NCBI GenBank assembly: GCA_036172245.1 | Contig: JAYWIR010000090.1 | Location: forward strand, 248,001-274,032 | Direction: 5' to 3' | DNA: 26,032 nt | Source of the DNA: Raillietiella orientalis | Lineage: Eukaryota | Part shown: positions 11,351 through 23,200 of the stretch, one piece after another | Layout: the number at the start of each line of letters is the position of its first letter | Position numbering within the stretch: the stretch's first letter is position 1 | Made by a program: the position numbers and the translations under genes | The notes under the pieces: model-generated | The model's input: the letters and a program-made list of their open reading frames with translations, nothing else | Database searches by the model: none | What the model was told of the DNA's origin: nothing

Positions 11351-14300
11351 ATGGTAACCAGTGTCGTACCTAGAATAGGAATCTTTTTCTTCGCTCTGAT
11401 TCATGATGTGGTAGAAATTTGCAGCTTTTCAGGTTTTCTGATCAATTCGAAATCAGGGGATTTCACCATTCCAGGTTTGCTCCTCTTCACGAAGGATCTA
11501 TTTGCAATGAGTGGCATATTCGCGTCATGGACTGGCTAAATGCCTTCCAATTTCCTGATTTCAGAGGATGATGATGAAGAGTTGGAAATTTCATTAGGAT
11601 GTGGCACTTTGGACTCTGTGTTGTTTTCAGGGTAAACAGTGTCGTACCTAGAAGAGGAATCTTTTCTTTCCCTCTGATTCATTATGTGGTAGAAATTTGC
11701 AACCTTTCAAGCTTTGTAATCAATTTGAAATCAGGGGATTTTGCTCTTGCAGTTTTGCGGCTCTTCACTAAACATCCATTTCCAGTGACTGGCAAATGCC
11801 CGTCATGGAAAGCCTGAAGGCCTTCCAATTTCCTGATTTCAGAAAATGATTATGAAGTGTTCCAAAGTTCATTAGGGCGTGTCACATTGGATTCTGTTTT
11901 GTTTTCATGGTAAACAGTGTCGTACCTAGAAGAAAAACCTTTCCATCGCTCTGATTCCTTATGTCGTAGAAATTTGCAACTTTTCAAGTTTTGCAATCAA
12001 TTCGCAATCAAGTGATTTCACCATTCCAGGTTTGCTCCTCTTCACGAAGGATCTATTTGCAGTTAGTAGCAAATTCCCGACGTAGAGAGTATCAACGCCT
12101 TCCAATTTCCTGATTTCAGAGGATGATCATGAAGAGTTCGAAATTTCATTAGAAAGTGGCACTTTGGTCACTCTGTTGTTTTCATCGTTACCTGTGTCGT
12201 ACCTAGAAGGGGAATCTTTTCCGTTGCTCTGATTCATTATGTGGTAGAAATTTGCAACCTTTCAGGCTTTGTAATCAATTCACAATCAGCAGATTTAAGC
12301 ATTGCACTTTCCCGCTGTTTTACGAAGCATCTATTTGCAGAAAGTGGCAAATTTTCGTCATCGAAGGGCTCAAGACCTTCCTATTTCTTGATTTCAGAGG
12401 ATGATTAAGAAGAGTTCGAAATTTCATTATGCCGTGGCACTTTGTACTCCGTTTTGTTTTCATGGTAACCAGTGTCGTACCTAGAAGAGGAATCTTTTCC
12501 TTTGCTCTGATTCATTATGTGGTAGAAATTTGCAAATTTCCAAGTTTTGTAATTAATTGGAAATCAGGAGATTTCACCATTCCAGGTTTGCTACTCTTCA
12601 CGAAGCGTCTATTTGCAGTAAGTGGCAAATTCCCGTCATGGAAGGGCTCAAGAGCTTTCTATTTCTTGATTTCAGAGGATGATTAAGAAGACTGCGAAAT
12701 TAGATTAGGGCGTGGAACTTTGGGCTCTGTTTTGTTTTCATGGTAAACAGTGTCGTACCTAGAAGAGGAACCTTTCCATCGCTCTGATTCATTATGTGAT
12801 GAAAATTTGCAGCCTTTCAGGCTTTGCAATCAATTCGAAATCAGGCGAAATAAGCATGGCACTTTTGCTCTTCTTCACGAAGCATCTATTTGCAGTAAGT
12901 GGCATATTCGCGTCCTGGAGAGGCTAGAGGCCTTCCAATTTCCTGATTTCAGAGGATGATCATTAAGAGTTCGAAATTTCAATAGAAAGTGGTACGTTGG
13001 ACTCTGTGTTGTTTTCATGGTAACCAGTGTCGTATCTAGAAGAGGAATCTTTTCCTTTGCTCTGATTCATTATGTGGTAGAAATTTGCAACTTTTGAAGT
13101 TTTGTAATCAATTCGAAATCAGGGGATTTTAAAATTGCACTCTCGCGCTTCTTCAAAAAGCCTCTATTTGCAGTAAGTGGCGAATTCCCGTCGTGGAGAG
13201 GCTGAAGACCTTACAATTTCCTGATTTCAGAGGATGATCATGAAAAGTTCGAAATTTCATTAGGAAGTGGTACTTTGGACTCTGTGTTGTTTTCATGGTA
13301 ACCAGTGTCGTACCTAGAAGAGGAATCTTTTCCTTTGCTCTGAATCGTTATGTGGTAGAAATTTGCAAATTTTCAAGTTTCGTAATTAGTTGGAAATCAG
13401 GGGATTTTGCTCTTGCACTTTTTCGGCTCTTCACTAAACATCCATTTCCAGTGAGTGGCAAATGCCCGTCATGGAAAGCCTGAAGGCCTTCCAATTTCCA
13501 GATTTCAGAATATGATGATGAAGTGTTCCAAAGTTCATTAGGGCGTTCCACTCTGAATTCTTTTTTTTTTCATGGTAAACACTGTCGTACCTAGAAGAGG
13601 AACCTTTCCATCGCTCGGATTCATTATGTCGTAGAAATTTGCTACTTTTCAAGTTTTGTAATCAATTCGAAATGAAGTGACTTCACCATTCCAGGTTTCC
13701 TTTTCTTCACGAAGGATCTATTTGCAGTTAGTGGCATATTCGCGTCCAGGAGAGGCTAAAGGCCTTCCAATTTCCTGATTTCAGAGGATGATCATGAAGA
13801 GTTACAAATTTCATTAGAAAGTGGCACTTTGGACTCTGTGTGGTTTTCATGGTAACCAGTGTCGTACCTAGAAGAGGAATCTTTTCCTTCCCTCTTTTTC
13901 ATTATGTGGTAGAAATTTGCAACTTTTGAAGTTTTGTAATCAATTCGAAATCAGGGGATTTTAGCATTGTCCTTTTGCGCTTCTTCACGAAGCATGTATT
14001 TGCAGTAAGTGTCAAATTCCCGTCATGGAGATGCTCAAGAGCTTCCAATTTCCTGATTTCAGAGGATGATCATGAAAAGTTCGAAATTTCATTAGGAAGT
14101 GGAACTTTGGACTCTGTGTTTTTTTCATGGTAACCAGTTTCGTACCTAGAAGAGGAATCTTTTCCTTTGCTTTGATGGATTATGTGGTAGAAATTTGCAA
14201 ATTTTCAAGTTTTATAATAAATAGGAAATCAGGTGATTTCACAATTCCAGGTTTGCTCCTTTTCACGAAGCATGTATTTGCAGTAAGTGGCAAATTCCCG

Positions 14301-17300
14301 TCATGGAAGGGCGCAAGAGCTTCCTATTTCTTGATTTCAGAGGATGATTAAGAAGAGTTCGAAATTTCATTAGGCCGTGGCACTTTGGATTCTGTGTTGT
14401 TTTCATGGTAACCAGTGTCGTACCTAGAAGGGGAATCTTTTCCGTTGCTCTGATTTATTATGTGGTGGAAATTTGCAACTTTTGAAGTTTTCTAATTAAT
14501 TCAATATCAGGCGATTTAAGCATTGCACTTTTGCTCTTCGTCAAGAAGCATCTATTTGCAGTAAGTGGCAAATTCCCGTCATGGAAGGGCTCAAGACCTT
14601 AAAATTTCCTGATTTCAGAGGATGATCATGAGGAGTTCGAAATTTCATTAGGCCGTGACACTTTGTACTCTGTTTTGTTTTCATGGTAACCAGTGTCGTA
14701 CCTTGAAGAGGAACCTTTCCATCGCTCTGATTCATTATGTGGTAGAAATTTGCAACTTTTAAAGTTTTGTAATGAATTCGAAATCTGGGGATTTTAGCAT
14801 TGCACTTTTGCGCTTCCTCACGAAGCATGTATTGGCATTAAGTGGCAAATTCCCGTCATGGAGAGGCTGAAGAGCTTCCAATTTCCTGATTTTAGAGGAT
14901 GATCATGAAAAGTTCGAAATTTCATTAGGAAGTGGCACTTTGGACTCTGTGTTGTTTTCATGGAAACCAGTGTCGTACCTAGAAGACAAATCTTTTCCTT
15001 TGCTCTGATTCATTATGTGGTAGAAATTTGCAACCTTTCAAGCTTTGTAATCAATTGCAAATCAGGGGATTTTGCTCTTGCACTTTTTCGGCTCTTCACT
15101 AAACATCCATTTCCAGTGAGTGGCAAATGCCCGTCATGGAAAGCCTGAAGGCCTTCCAATTTCCAGATTTCAGAAAATGATGATGAAGTGTTCCAAAGTT
15201 CATTAGGGCGTTTCTCTTTGGATTCTGTTTTGTTTTCATGGTAAACAGTGTCGTACCTAGGAGAGGAACCTTTCCATCGGTCTGATTCATTATGTCGTAG
15301 AAATTTGCAACTTTTCAAGTTTTGTAATCAATTCGAAATGAAGTGATTTCACCATTCCAGGTCTGCTCCTCTTCACGAAAAATCTATTTGCAGTTAGTGG
15401 CAAATTCCCGTCATAGAGAGCCTCAATGCCTTCCAATTTCCTGATTTAAGAGGATGATCATGAAGAGTTCGAAATTTCATTAGAAAGTGGCACTTTGGAC
15501 TCTGTGTTGTTTTCAAGGTAAACAGTGTCGTACCTAGAAAAGGAATCTTTTCCTTTGCACTGATTCATTATGTGGTAGAAATTTGCAAATTTTCAAGTTT
15601 TATAATTAATTGGAAATCAGTTGATTTCACCATTCCAGGTTTGCTCCTTTTCACGAAGCATGTATTTGCAGTAAGTGGCAAATTCCCGTCATGGAAGGGC
15701 TCAAGTGCTTCCTATTTCTTGATTTCAGAGGATGATTAACAAAAGTTCGAAATTTCATTAGGACGTGGCACTTCGGATAGTGTGTTGTTTTCATGGTAAC
15801 CAGTGTCGTACCTAGAAGACGAATTTTTTCCTTTGCTCTGATTCATTATGTGGTAGAAATTTGCCACTTTTCAAGTTTTGTAATCAATTCGAAATCAGGC
15901 GATTTAAGCATGGCACTTTTGCTCTTCGTCAAGAAGCATCTATTTGCAGTAAGTGGCAAATTCCCGTCATGGAAGGGCTCAAGACCTTTCAATTTCCTGA
16001 TTTCAGAGAATGATCATGAGGAGTTCGAAATTTCATTAGGCCGTGGAACTTTGCACTCTCTTTTGTTTTCATGGTAACCAGTGTGGTACCTAGAAGAGGA
16101 ATCTTTTCCTTTGCTCGGATTCATTATGTGGTAGAAATTTGCAAATTTTCAAGTTTTATAATTAATTGGAAATCAGGTGATTTCACTATTCCAGGTTTGC
16201 TCCTCTTTACGAAGCATGTATTTGCAGTAAGTGGCAAATTCCCGTCATGGAAGGGCGCAAGAGCTTCCTATTTCTTGATTTCAGAGGATGATTAAGAAGA
16301 GTTCGAAATTTCATTAGGCCGTGGCACTTTGGATTCTGTTTTGTTTTCATGGTAAACAGTGTCGTATTTAGAAGAGGAACCTTTCCATCGCTCTGATTCA
16401 TTATGTCGTAGAAATTTGCAACTTTTCAAGTTTTGTAATCAATTCGAAATCAGGTGATTTCACCATTGCAGTTTTGCGCCTGTTCACGAATTATTTATTT
16501 GCAGTAAGTGGCAAATTCCCGTCATGAAGAGGTTAAAGACCTTCCTATTTTTTAATTTCAGATAATGATTAAAAAGAGTTCGAAACTTCATTAGGCCGTG
16601 GCACTTTGTGCTCTGTGTTGTTTTCATGGTTACCAGTGTCGTACCTAGAAGAGGAATCTTTTTCTTCGCTCTGATTCATGATGTGATAGAAATTTGCAAG
16701 CTTTCAGGCTTTGTAATCAACTCGAAATCAGGGCATTTAAACATTGCACTTTTGCGCTGCTTCACGTGACATCAATTTGCAGTGAGTGGCAAATTCCCGT
16801 CATGGAGATCCTCAGCGCCTTCCAATTTCCTGATTTCAGAGAATGATTATGAAGATTTGGAAATTTAATTAGGCCGCGGCACTTTGTACTCTGTGTTGTT
16901 TTCGCGGCAACCAGTGTCGTACCTAGAAGGGGAATCCTTTCCGTTGCTCTGATTCATTATGTGGTAGAAATTTGCAACTTTTCAAGTTTTGTAATCAATT
17001 CGAAATCAGAGGGTTTAAGCATTGCACTTTTGCGCTTCTTCACGAAGCATCTATTTGCAGAAAGTGGCAAATTCCCGTCATGGAGAGGCTCAAGACCTTC
17101 CTATTTCTTGATTTCAGAGGATGATTAAGAAAGGTCCGAAATTTAATTACCGAGTGGCAGTTAGGAATCTGTATTGCTTTCATGGTAACCAGTGTCGTGC
17201 CTAGAAGAGGAATGTTTTCCTTTGCTGTGATGCATGATTTGGTAGAAATTTGCAACCTTTCAGGCTTTGTAATCAATTGGAAATCTAAGGATTTTGCTAT

Positions 17301-20239
17301 TGCACTTTTGCGCCTCTTCACTAAACATCCATTTCCAGTGAGTGGCAAATGCGTCTCATGGAAAGCCTCAATTCCTTCCAATTTCCTGATTTCAGAAAAT
17401 GATGAAGAAAGGTCCGAAATTTAATTACGGAGTGGCAGTTTGGAATCTGTATTGTTTTCATGGTAACCAGTGTCGTGCCTAGAAGAGGAACGTTTTTCTT
17501 CGCTGTGATTCATGATGTGGTAGAAATTTGCAACCTTTCAGGCTTTGTAATCAATTGGTAATCAGGGGATTCTAGTATTGCACTTTTGCGCCTCTTCACT
17601 AAACATCTACTTAGAGTGAGTGGGAAATGGCTGTTATTGAAAGCCTCAATGCATTCCAATTTCCTGTATTTAGAGGATGATCATGAAGAGTTCGAAATTT
17701 CATTAGGGCGTGTCACTTTGGATTCTGTGTTGTTTTAATGGTAACCAGTGTCGTACCAAGAAGAGGAATCTTTTCCTCCGCTCTGATTCATGATGTGGTA
17801 GAAATTTGCAACTTTTCAGGTTTTGTAATCAATTCGAAATCAGGGGATTTCACCATTTCAGGTTTGCGCCTCTTCACGAAGCATCTATTTGCAGTCAGTA
17901 GAAAATTCCCGTAATGGAGAGGCTCAAGGCCCTCCAATTTCCAGATTTCAGAGGATGATCATGAAAAGTTCGAAATTTCATTAGGAAGTGGCACTTGGGA
18001 TTCTGTTTTGTTTTCATGGTAAACAGTGTCGTACCTAGAAGAGGAACCTTTCCATCGCTCTGATTTATTATGTCGTAGAAATTTGCAACTTTTCATGTTT
18101 TGTAATCAATTCGAAATCAGGTGATTTCACCATTGCCGTTTTGCGTCTGTTCACGAAGCATCTATTTGTAGTTAGTGGCAAATTCCCGTCATGGAAAGGC
18201 TCAAGACCTTCCTATTTCTTGATTTCAGAGGATGCTTAGGAAGAGTTCGAAATTTCATTAGGCCGTGGCACTTTGTACTCTGTGTTGTTTTCATGGTAAC
18301 CAGTGTCGTACCTATAGGAGGAATCTTGCCCTTCCCTCTGATTCATTATGTGGTAGAAATTTGCAACTTTTCAAGTTTTCTAATCAACTCGAAATCAGGG
18401 GATTTAACCATTGCACTTTTGCGCTTGTTCACGAAGCATCTATCTGCAGTAAGTGGCAAATTCCCGTCATAGAGTGGCTCAAGACCTTCCAATTTCCTGA
18501 TTTCAGAGGATGATTACGAAGAGTCCGAAATTTCATTAGGCCGTGGCACTATGGACTCTGTGTTGTTTTCATGGTAACCAGTGTCGTACCTAGAAGAGGA
18601 ATCTTTTTGTTCGCTCTGTTTCATGATGTGGTAGAAATTTGCAGCCTTTCAGGCTTTGTAATTAATTCGAAATCAGGAGATTTAACCATTGCAATTTTGC
18701 GCTTCTTCACGAAGCATCCATTTGCAGTGTGTGGCAAATGCCAGTCATGCAAATCCTCTAGGCCTTCCAATTTCCTGATTTCAGAGGATGATTATGAAGA
18801 TTTCGGAATTTTATTAGGGCGTGGTACTTTGGATTCTGTGTTGTTTTCATGGTAACCAGTGTCGTACCTAGAGGAGGAATCTTGCCCTTCCTTCTGATTC
18901 ATTATGTGGTAGAAATTTGCAACTTTTCAATTTTTCTAATCACCTCGAAATGAGTGGATTTAACCATTGCACTTTTGCGCTTCTTCACGAAGCAACTATC
19001 TGCAATAAGTGGCAAATTCCGGTCACGGAGTGGCTGAAGACCTTCCAATTTCCTGATTTCAGATGATGATTACGAAGAGTCCGAAATTTCATTAGGCCGT
19101 GGCACGTTGTACTCTGTGTTGTTTTCATGGTAACCAGTGTCGTACCTAGAAGAGAAATCTTGTTGTTCGCTCTGATGCATGATGTGGTAGAAATTTGCAG
19201 CCTTTCAGGCTTTGTATTCAATTCGAAATCAGGAGATTTATCCATTGCACTTTTGCGCTTCTTCACGAAGAATCCATTTGCAGTTAGTGGCAAATGCCAG
19301 ATATGGAAATCCTCAAGGCCTTCCAATTTCCTGATTTCAGAGGATGATTATGAAGAGTTCGAAATTTCATTAGGGCGTGGCACTTTGGATTCTGTGTTGT
19401 TTTCATGGTAACCAGTGTCGTACCTAGAAGAGGAATCTTGTCCTTCCCTCTGATTCATTATGTGGTAGAAAGTTTCAACTTTTCAAGTTTTCTAAACAAT
19501 TCGAAATCAGGGGATTTAAGCATTGCACTTTTGCGCTTCTTCACGAAGCATCTATTTGCAGTAAGTGGCAAATTCCCGTCATGGAAGGGCTCAAGAGCTT
19601 CCTATTTCTTGATTTCAGAGGATGATTAATTAGAGTTCGAAATTTTAATAGGCCGTGGCACTTTGTACTCTGTTTTGTTTTCATGGTAACCAGTGTCGTA
19701 CCTAGAAGAGGAATCTTTTTGTTCGCTCTGATTCATGATGTGGTAGAAATTTGCAGCCTTTCAGTCTTTGTAATCAATTGGAAATCAAAGGGTTTTGCTA
19801 TTGCACTTTTGCGCCTCTTCACTAAACATCCATTTCCAGTGAGTGGCAAATGCCCCACATGGATAGCCTCAATTCCTTCCAATTTCCTGATTTCAGAAAA
19901 TGATGAAGAAAGGTCCGAAATTTAATTACGCAGTGGCAGTTTGGAATCTGTATTGCTTTCATGGTAACCAGTGTCGTGCCTAGAAGAGGAATGTTTTCCT
20001 TCGCTGTGATTCATGATGTGGTAGAAATTTGCAACCTTTCAGTCTTTGTAATCAATTTAGAAATCAGGGGATTCTACTATTGCACTATTGCGCCTCTTCA
20101 CTAAACATCCACTTACAGTGAGTGGCAAATGGCCGTTATGGAAAGCCTCAATGCCTTCCAATTTCCTGATTTCAGAGGATGATCATGAAGAGTTCGAAAT
20201 TTCATTAGGGCGTGTCACTTTGGATTCTGTGTTGTTTTC
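11351..20239. repeat. Diverged block of 32 monomers of the same satellite, with relic short HORs
   Basis: The 277-279-bp register continues, but each monomer carries private substitutions and has no near-identical partner at 4,447 or 5,003 bp. Monomer subtypes can still be recognised. Confidence 0.9.
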
Positions 20240-23200
20240 ATGGTAAACAGTGTCGTACCTAGAAGAGGAATCTTTTCTTCCGCTCTTATTCATGATGTGG
20301 TAGAAATTTGCATCCTTTCAGGCTTTGTAATCAATTCGAATTCAGGGGATTTAAACATTGCGCTTTTGCGCTGCTTCACGTGACATCTATTTGCAGAGAG
20401 TGGAAAATTCCCGTCATGGAGAGGCTCAAGGCTTTCCAATTTCCTGAATTCAGAGGATGATTAAGAAGAGTTGGAAATTAGATTAGGGCGTGGCACTTTG
20501 TTCTCTGTGTTGTTTTCATGGCAACCAGTGTCGTACCTAGAAGGGGAATCTTTTCCTTTCCTCTGATTCATGATGTGGTAGAAATTTGCATCCTTTCAGG
20601 CTTTGTAATCAATTCGAATTCAGGGGATTTAAACATTGCGCTTTTGCGCTGCTTCACGTGACATCTATTTGCAGAGAGTGGAAAATTCCCGTCATGGAGA
20701 GGCTCAAGGCTTTCCAATTTCCTGAATTCAGAGGATGATTAAGAAGAGTTGGAAATTAGATTAGGGCGTGGCACTTTGGTCTCTCTGTTGTTTTCATGGT
20801 AACCAGTGTCGTACCTAGAAGGGGAATCTTTTCCTTTGCTCTGATTCATTATGTGGTAGAAATTTGCAACTTTTCAAGTTTCGTTATCAATTCGAAATCA
20901 GGGGATTTAACCATTGCACTTTTGGGCTGCTTCACGTAACATCTATTTGCAGTGAGTGGCAAATTCCCGTCATGGAGAGGCTCAAGGCTTTCCGATTTCC
21001 TGAATTCAGAGGATGATTATGAAGATCTGGAAATTAGATTAGGGCGTGGCACTTTGGTCTCTCGGTATTTTTCATGGTAACCTGTGTCGTACCTAGAAGG
21101 GGAATCTTTTCCGTTGCCCTGATTCATTATGTGGTAGAAATTTGCAAATTTTCAAGTTTTGTAATGAATTCGAAATCAGGGGATTTAACCATTGCACTTT
21201 TGCGCTTCTTCACGAAGCATCCATTTGCAGTGAGTGTCAAATTCCCATCATGGAAGGGCTCAAGAGCTTCCTATTTCTTGATTTCAGAGCATGATTAAGA
21301 AGAGCTGGAAATTAGATTAGGCCGTGGCACTTTGGATTCTGTTTTGTTTTCATTGTAACCAGTGTCGTACCTAGAAGAGGAATCTTTTCCTTTGCTCTGT
21401 TTCATTATGTGGTAGAAATTTGCAAATTTTCAAGTTTTGTAATGAATTCGAAATCAGGGGATTTAACCATTGCACTTTTGCGCTTCTTCACGAAGCATCC
21501 ATTTGCAGTGAGTGTCAAATTCCCATCATGGAAGGGCTCAAGAGCTTCCTATTTCTTGATTTCAGAGCATGATTAAGAAGAGCTGGAAATTAGATAAGGC
21601 CGTGGCACTTTGGTCTCTCTGTTGTTTTCATGGAAACCTGTGTCGTACCGAGAAGGGGAATCTTTTCCGTTGCCCTGATTCATTATGTGGTAGAAATTTG
21701 CAACTTTTCAAGTTTTGTAATCAATTCGAAATCAGGGGATTTAAGCATTGCTCTCTTGCGCTTCTTCACGAAGCATCTAGTTGCAGTAAGTGGCAAATTC
21801 CCGTCATGGAGAGGCTCAACACCTTCCTATTTTTTAATTTCAGAGGATCATTACGAAGAGTCCGTAATTTCATTAGGCCGTGGCACTTTGATCTCTCTGT
21901 TGTTTTCATGGTAAGCAGTGTCGTACCTAGAAAAGGAATCTTTTTGTTCGCTCTGATTCATGATGTGGTAGAAATTTGCAGCCTTTCAGGTTTTCTGATC
22001 AATTCGAAATCAGGGGATTTCACCATTCCACGTTTGCTCCTCTTCACGAAGGATCTATTTGCAATGAGTGGCATATTCGCGTCATGGACTGGCTAAATGC
22101 CTTCCAATTTCCTCATTTCAGAGGATGATGATGAAGAGTTGGAAATTTCATTAGGATGTGGCACTTTGGACTCTGTGTTGTTTTCAGGGTAAACAGTGTC
22201 GTACCTAGAAGAGGAATCTTTTTGTTCGCTCTGATTCATGATGTGGTAGAAATTTGCAGCCTTTCAGGCTTTGTAATCAATTGGAAATCAAAGGGTTTTG
22301 CTATTGCACTTTTGCGCCTCTTCACTAAACATCCATTTCCAGTGAGTGGCAAATGCCCGTCATGGATAGCCTGAAGGCCTTCCAATTTCCTGATTTCAGA
22401 AAATGATGATGAAGTGTTCCAAAGTTCATTAGGGCGTTTGTCTTTGGATTCTGTTTTGTTTTCATGGTAAACAGTGTCGTACCTAGAAGAGGAACCCTTC
22501 CATCGCTCTGATTCATTATGTCGTGGAAATTTGCAACTTTTCAAGTTTTGTAATCAATTCGAAATGAAGTGATTTCACCATTCCAGGTCTGCTCCTCTTC
22601 ACGAAGGATCTATTTGCAGTTAGTGGCAAATTGCCGTCATAGAGAGCCTCAACGCCTTCCAATTTCCTGATTTCAGAGGATGATCATGAAGAGTTCGAAA
22701 TTTCATTAGAGAGTGGCACTTTGTACTCTGTGTGGTTTTCACGGTAACCAGTGTCGTACCTAGAAGAGGAATCTTTTCCTTCCCTCTTTTTCATTATGTG
22801 GTAGAAATTTGCAACTTTTGAAGTTTTGTAATCAATTCGAAATCAGAAGATTTCACCATTTCAGGTTTGCTCCTCTTCACGAAGGATCTATTTGCAGTGA
22901 GTGGCATATTCGCGTCATGGACAGGCTAAAGGCCTTCCAATTTCCTGATTTCAGAGGATGATCATGAAAAGTTCGAAATATCATTAGGAAGTGGCACTTT
23001 GGACTCTGTGTTGTTTTCATGGTAACCAGTGTCGTACCTAGAAGAGGAATCTTTTCCTTCCCTCTTTTTCATTATGTGGTAGAAATTTGCAACTTTTGAA
23101 GTTTTGTAATCAATTCGAAATCAGAAGATTTCACCATTCCAGGTTTGGTCCTCTTCACGAAGGATCTATTTGCAGTGAGTGGCATATTCGCGTCATGGAC

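Noticed and set aside
13561..13570. T10 run as a terminator or retro-element tail
   Set aside because: It is the usual TGTTTTGTTTT segment with G-to-T changes, in register with the monomer.
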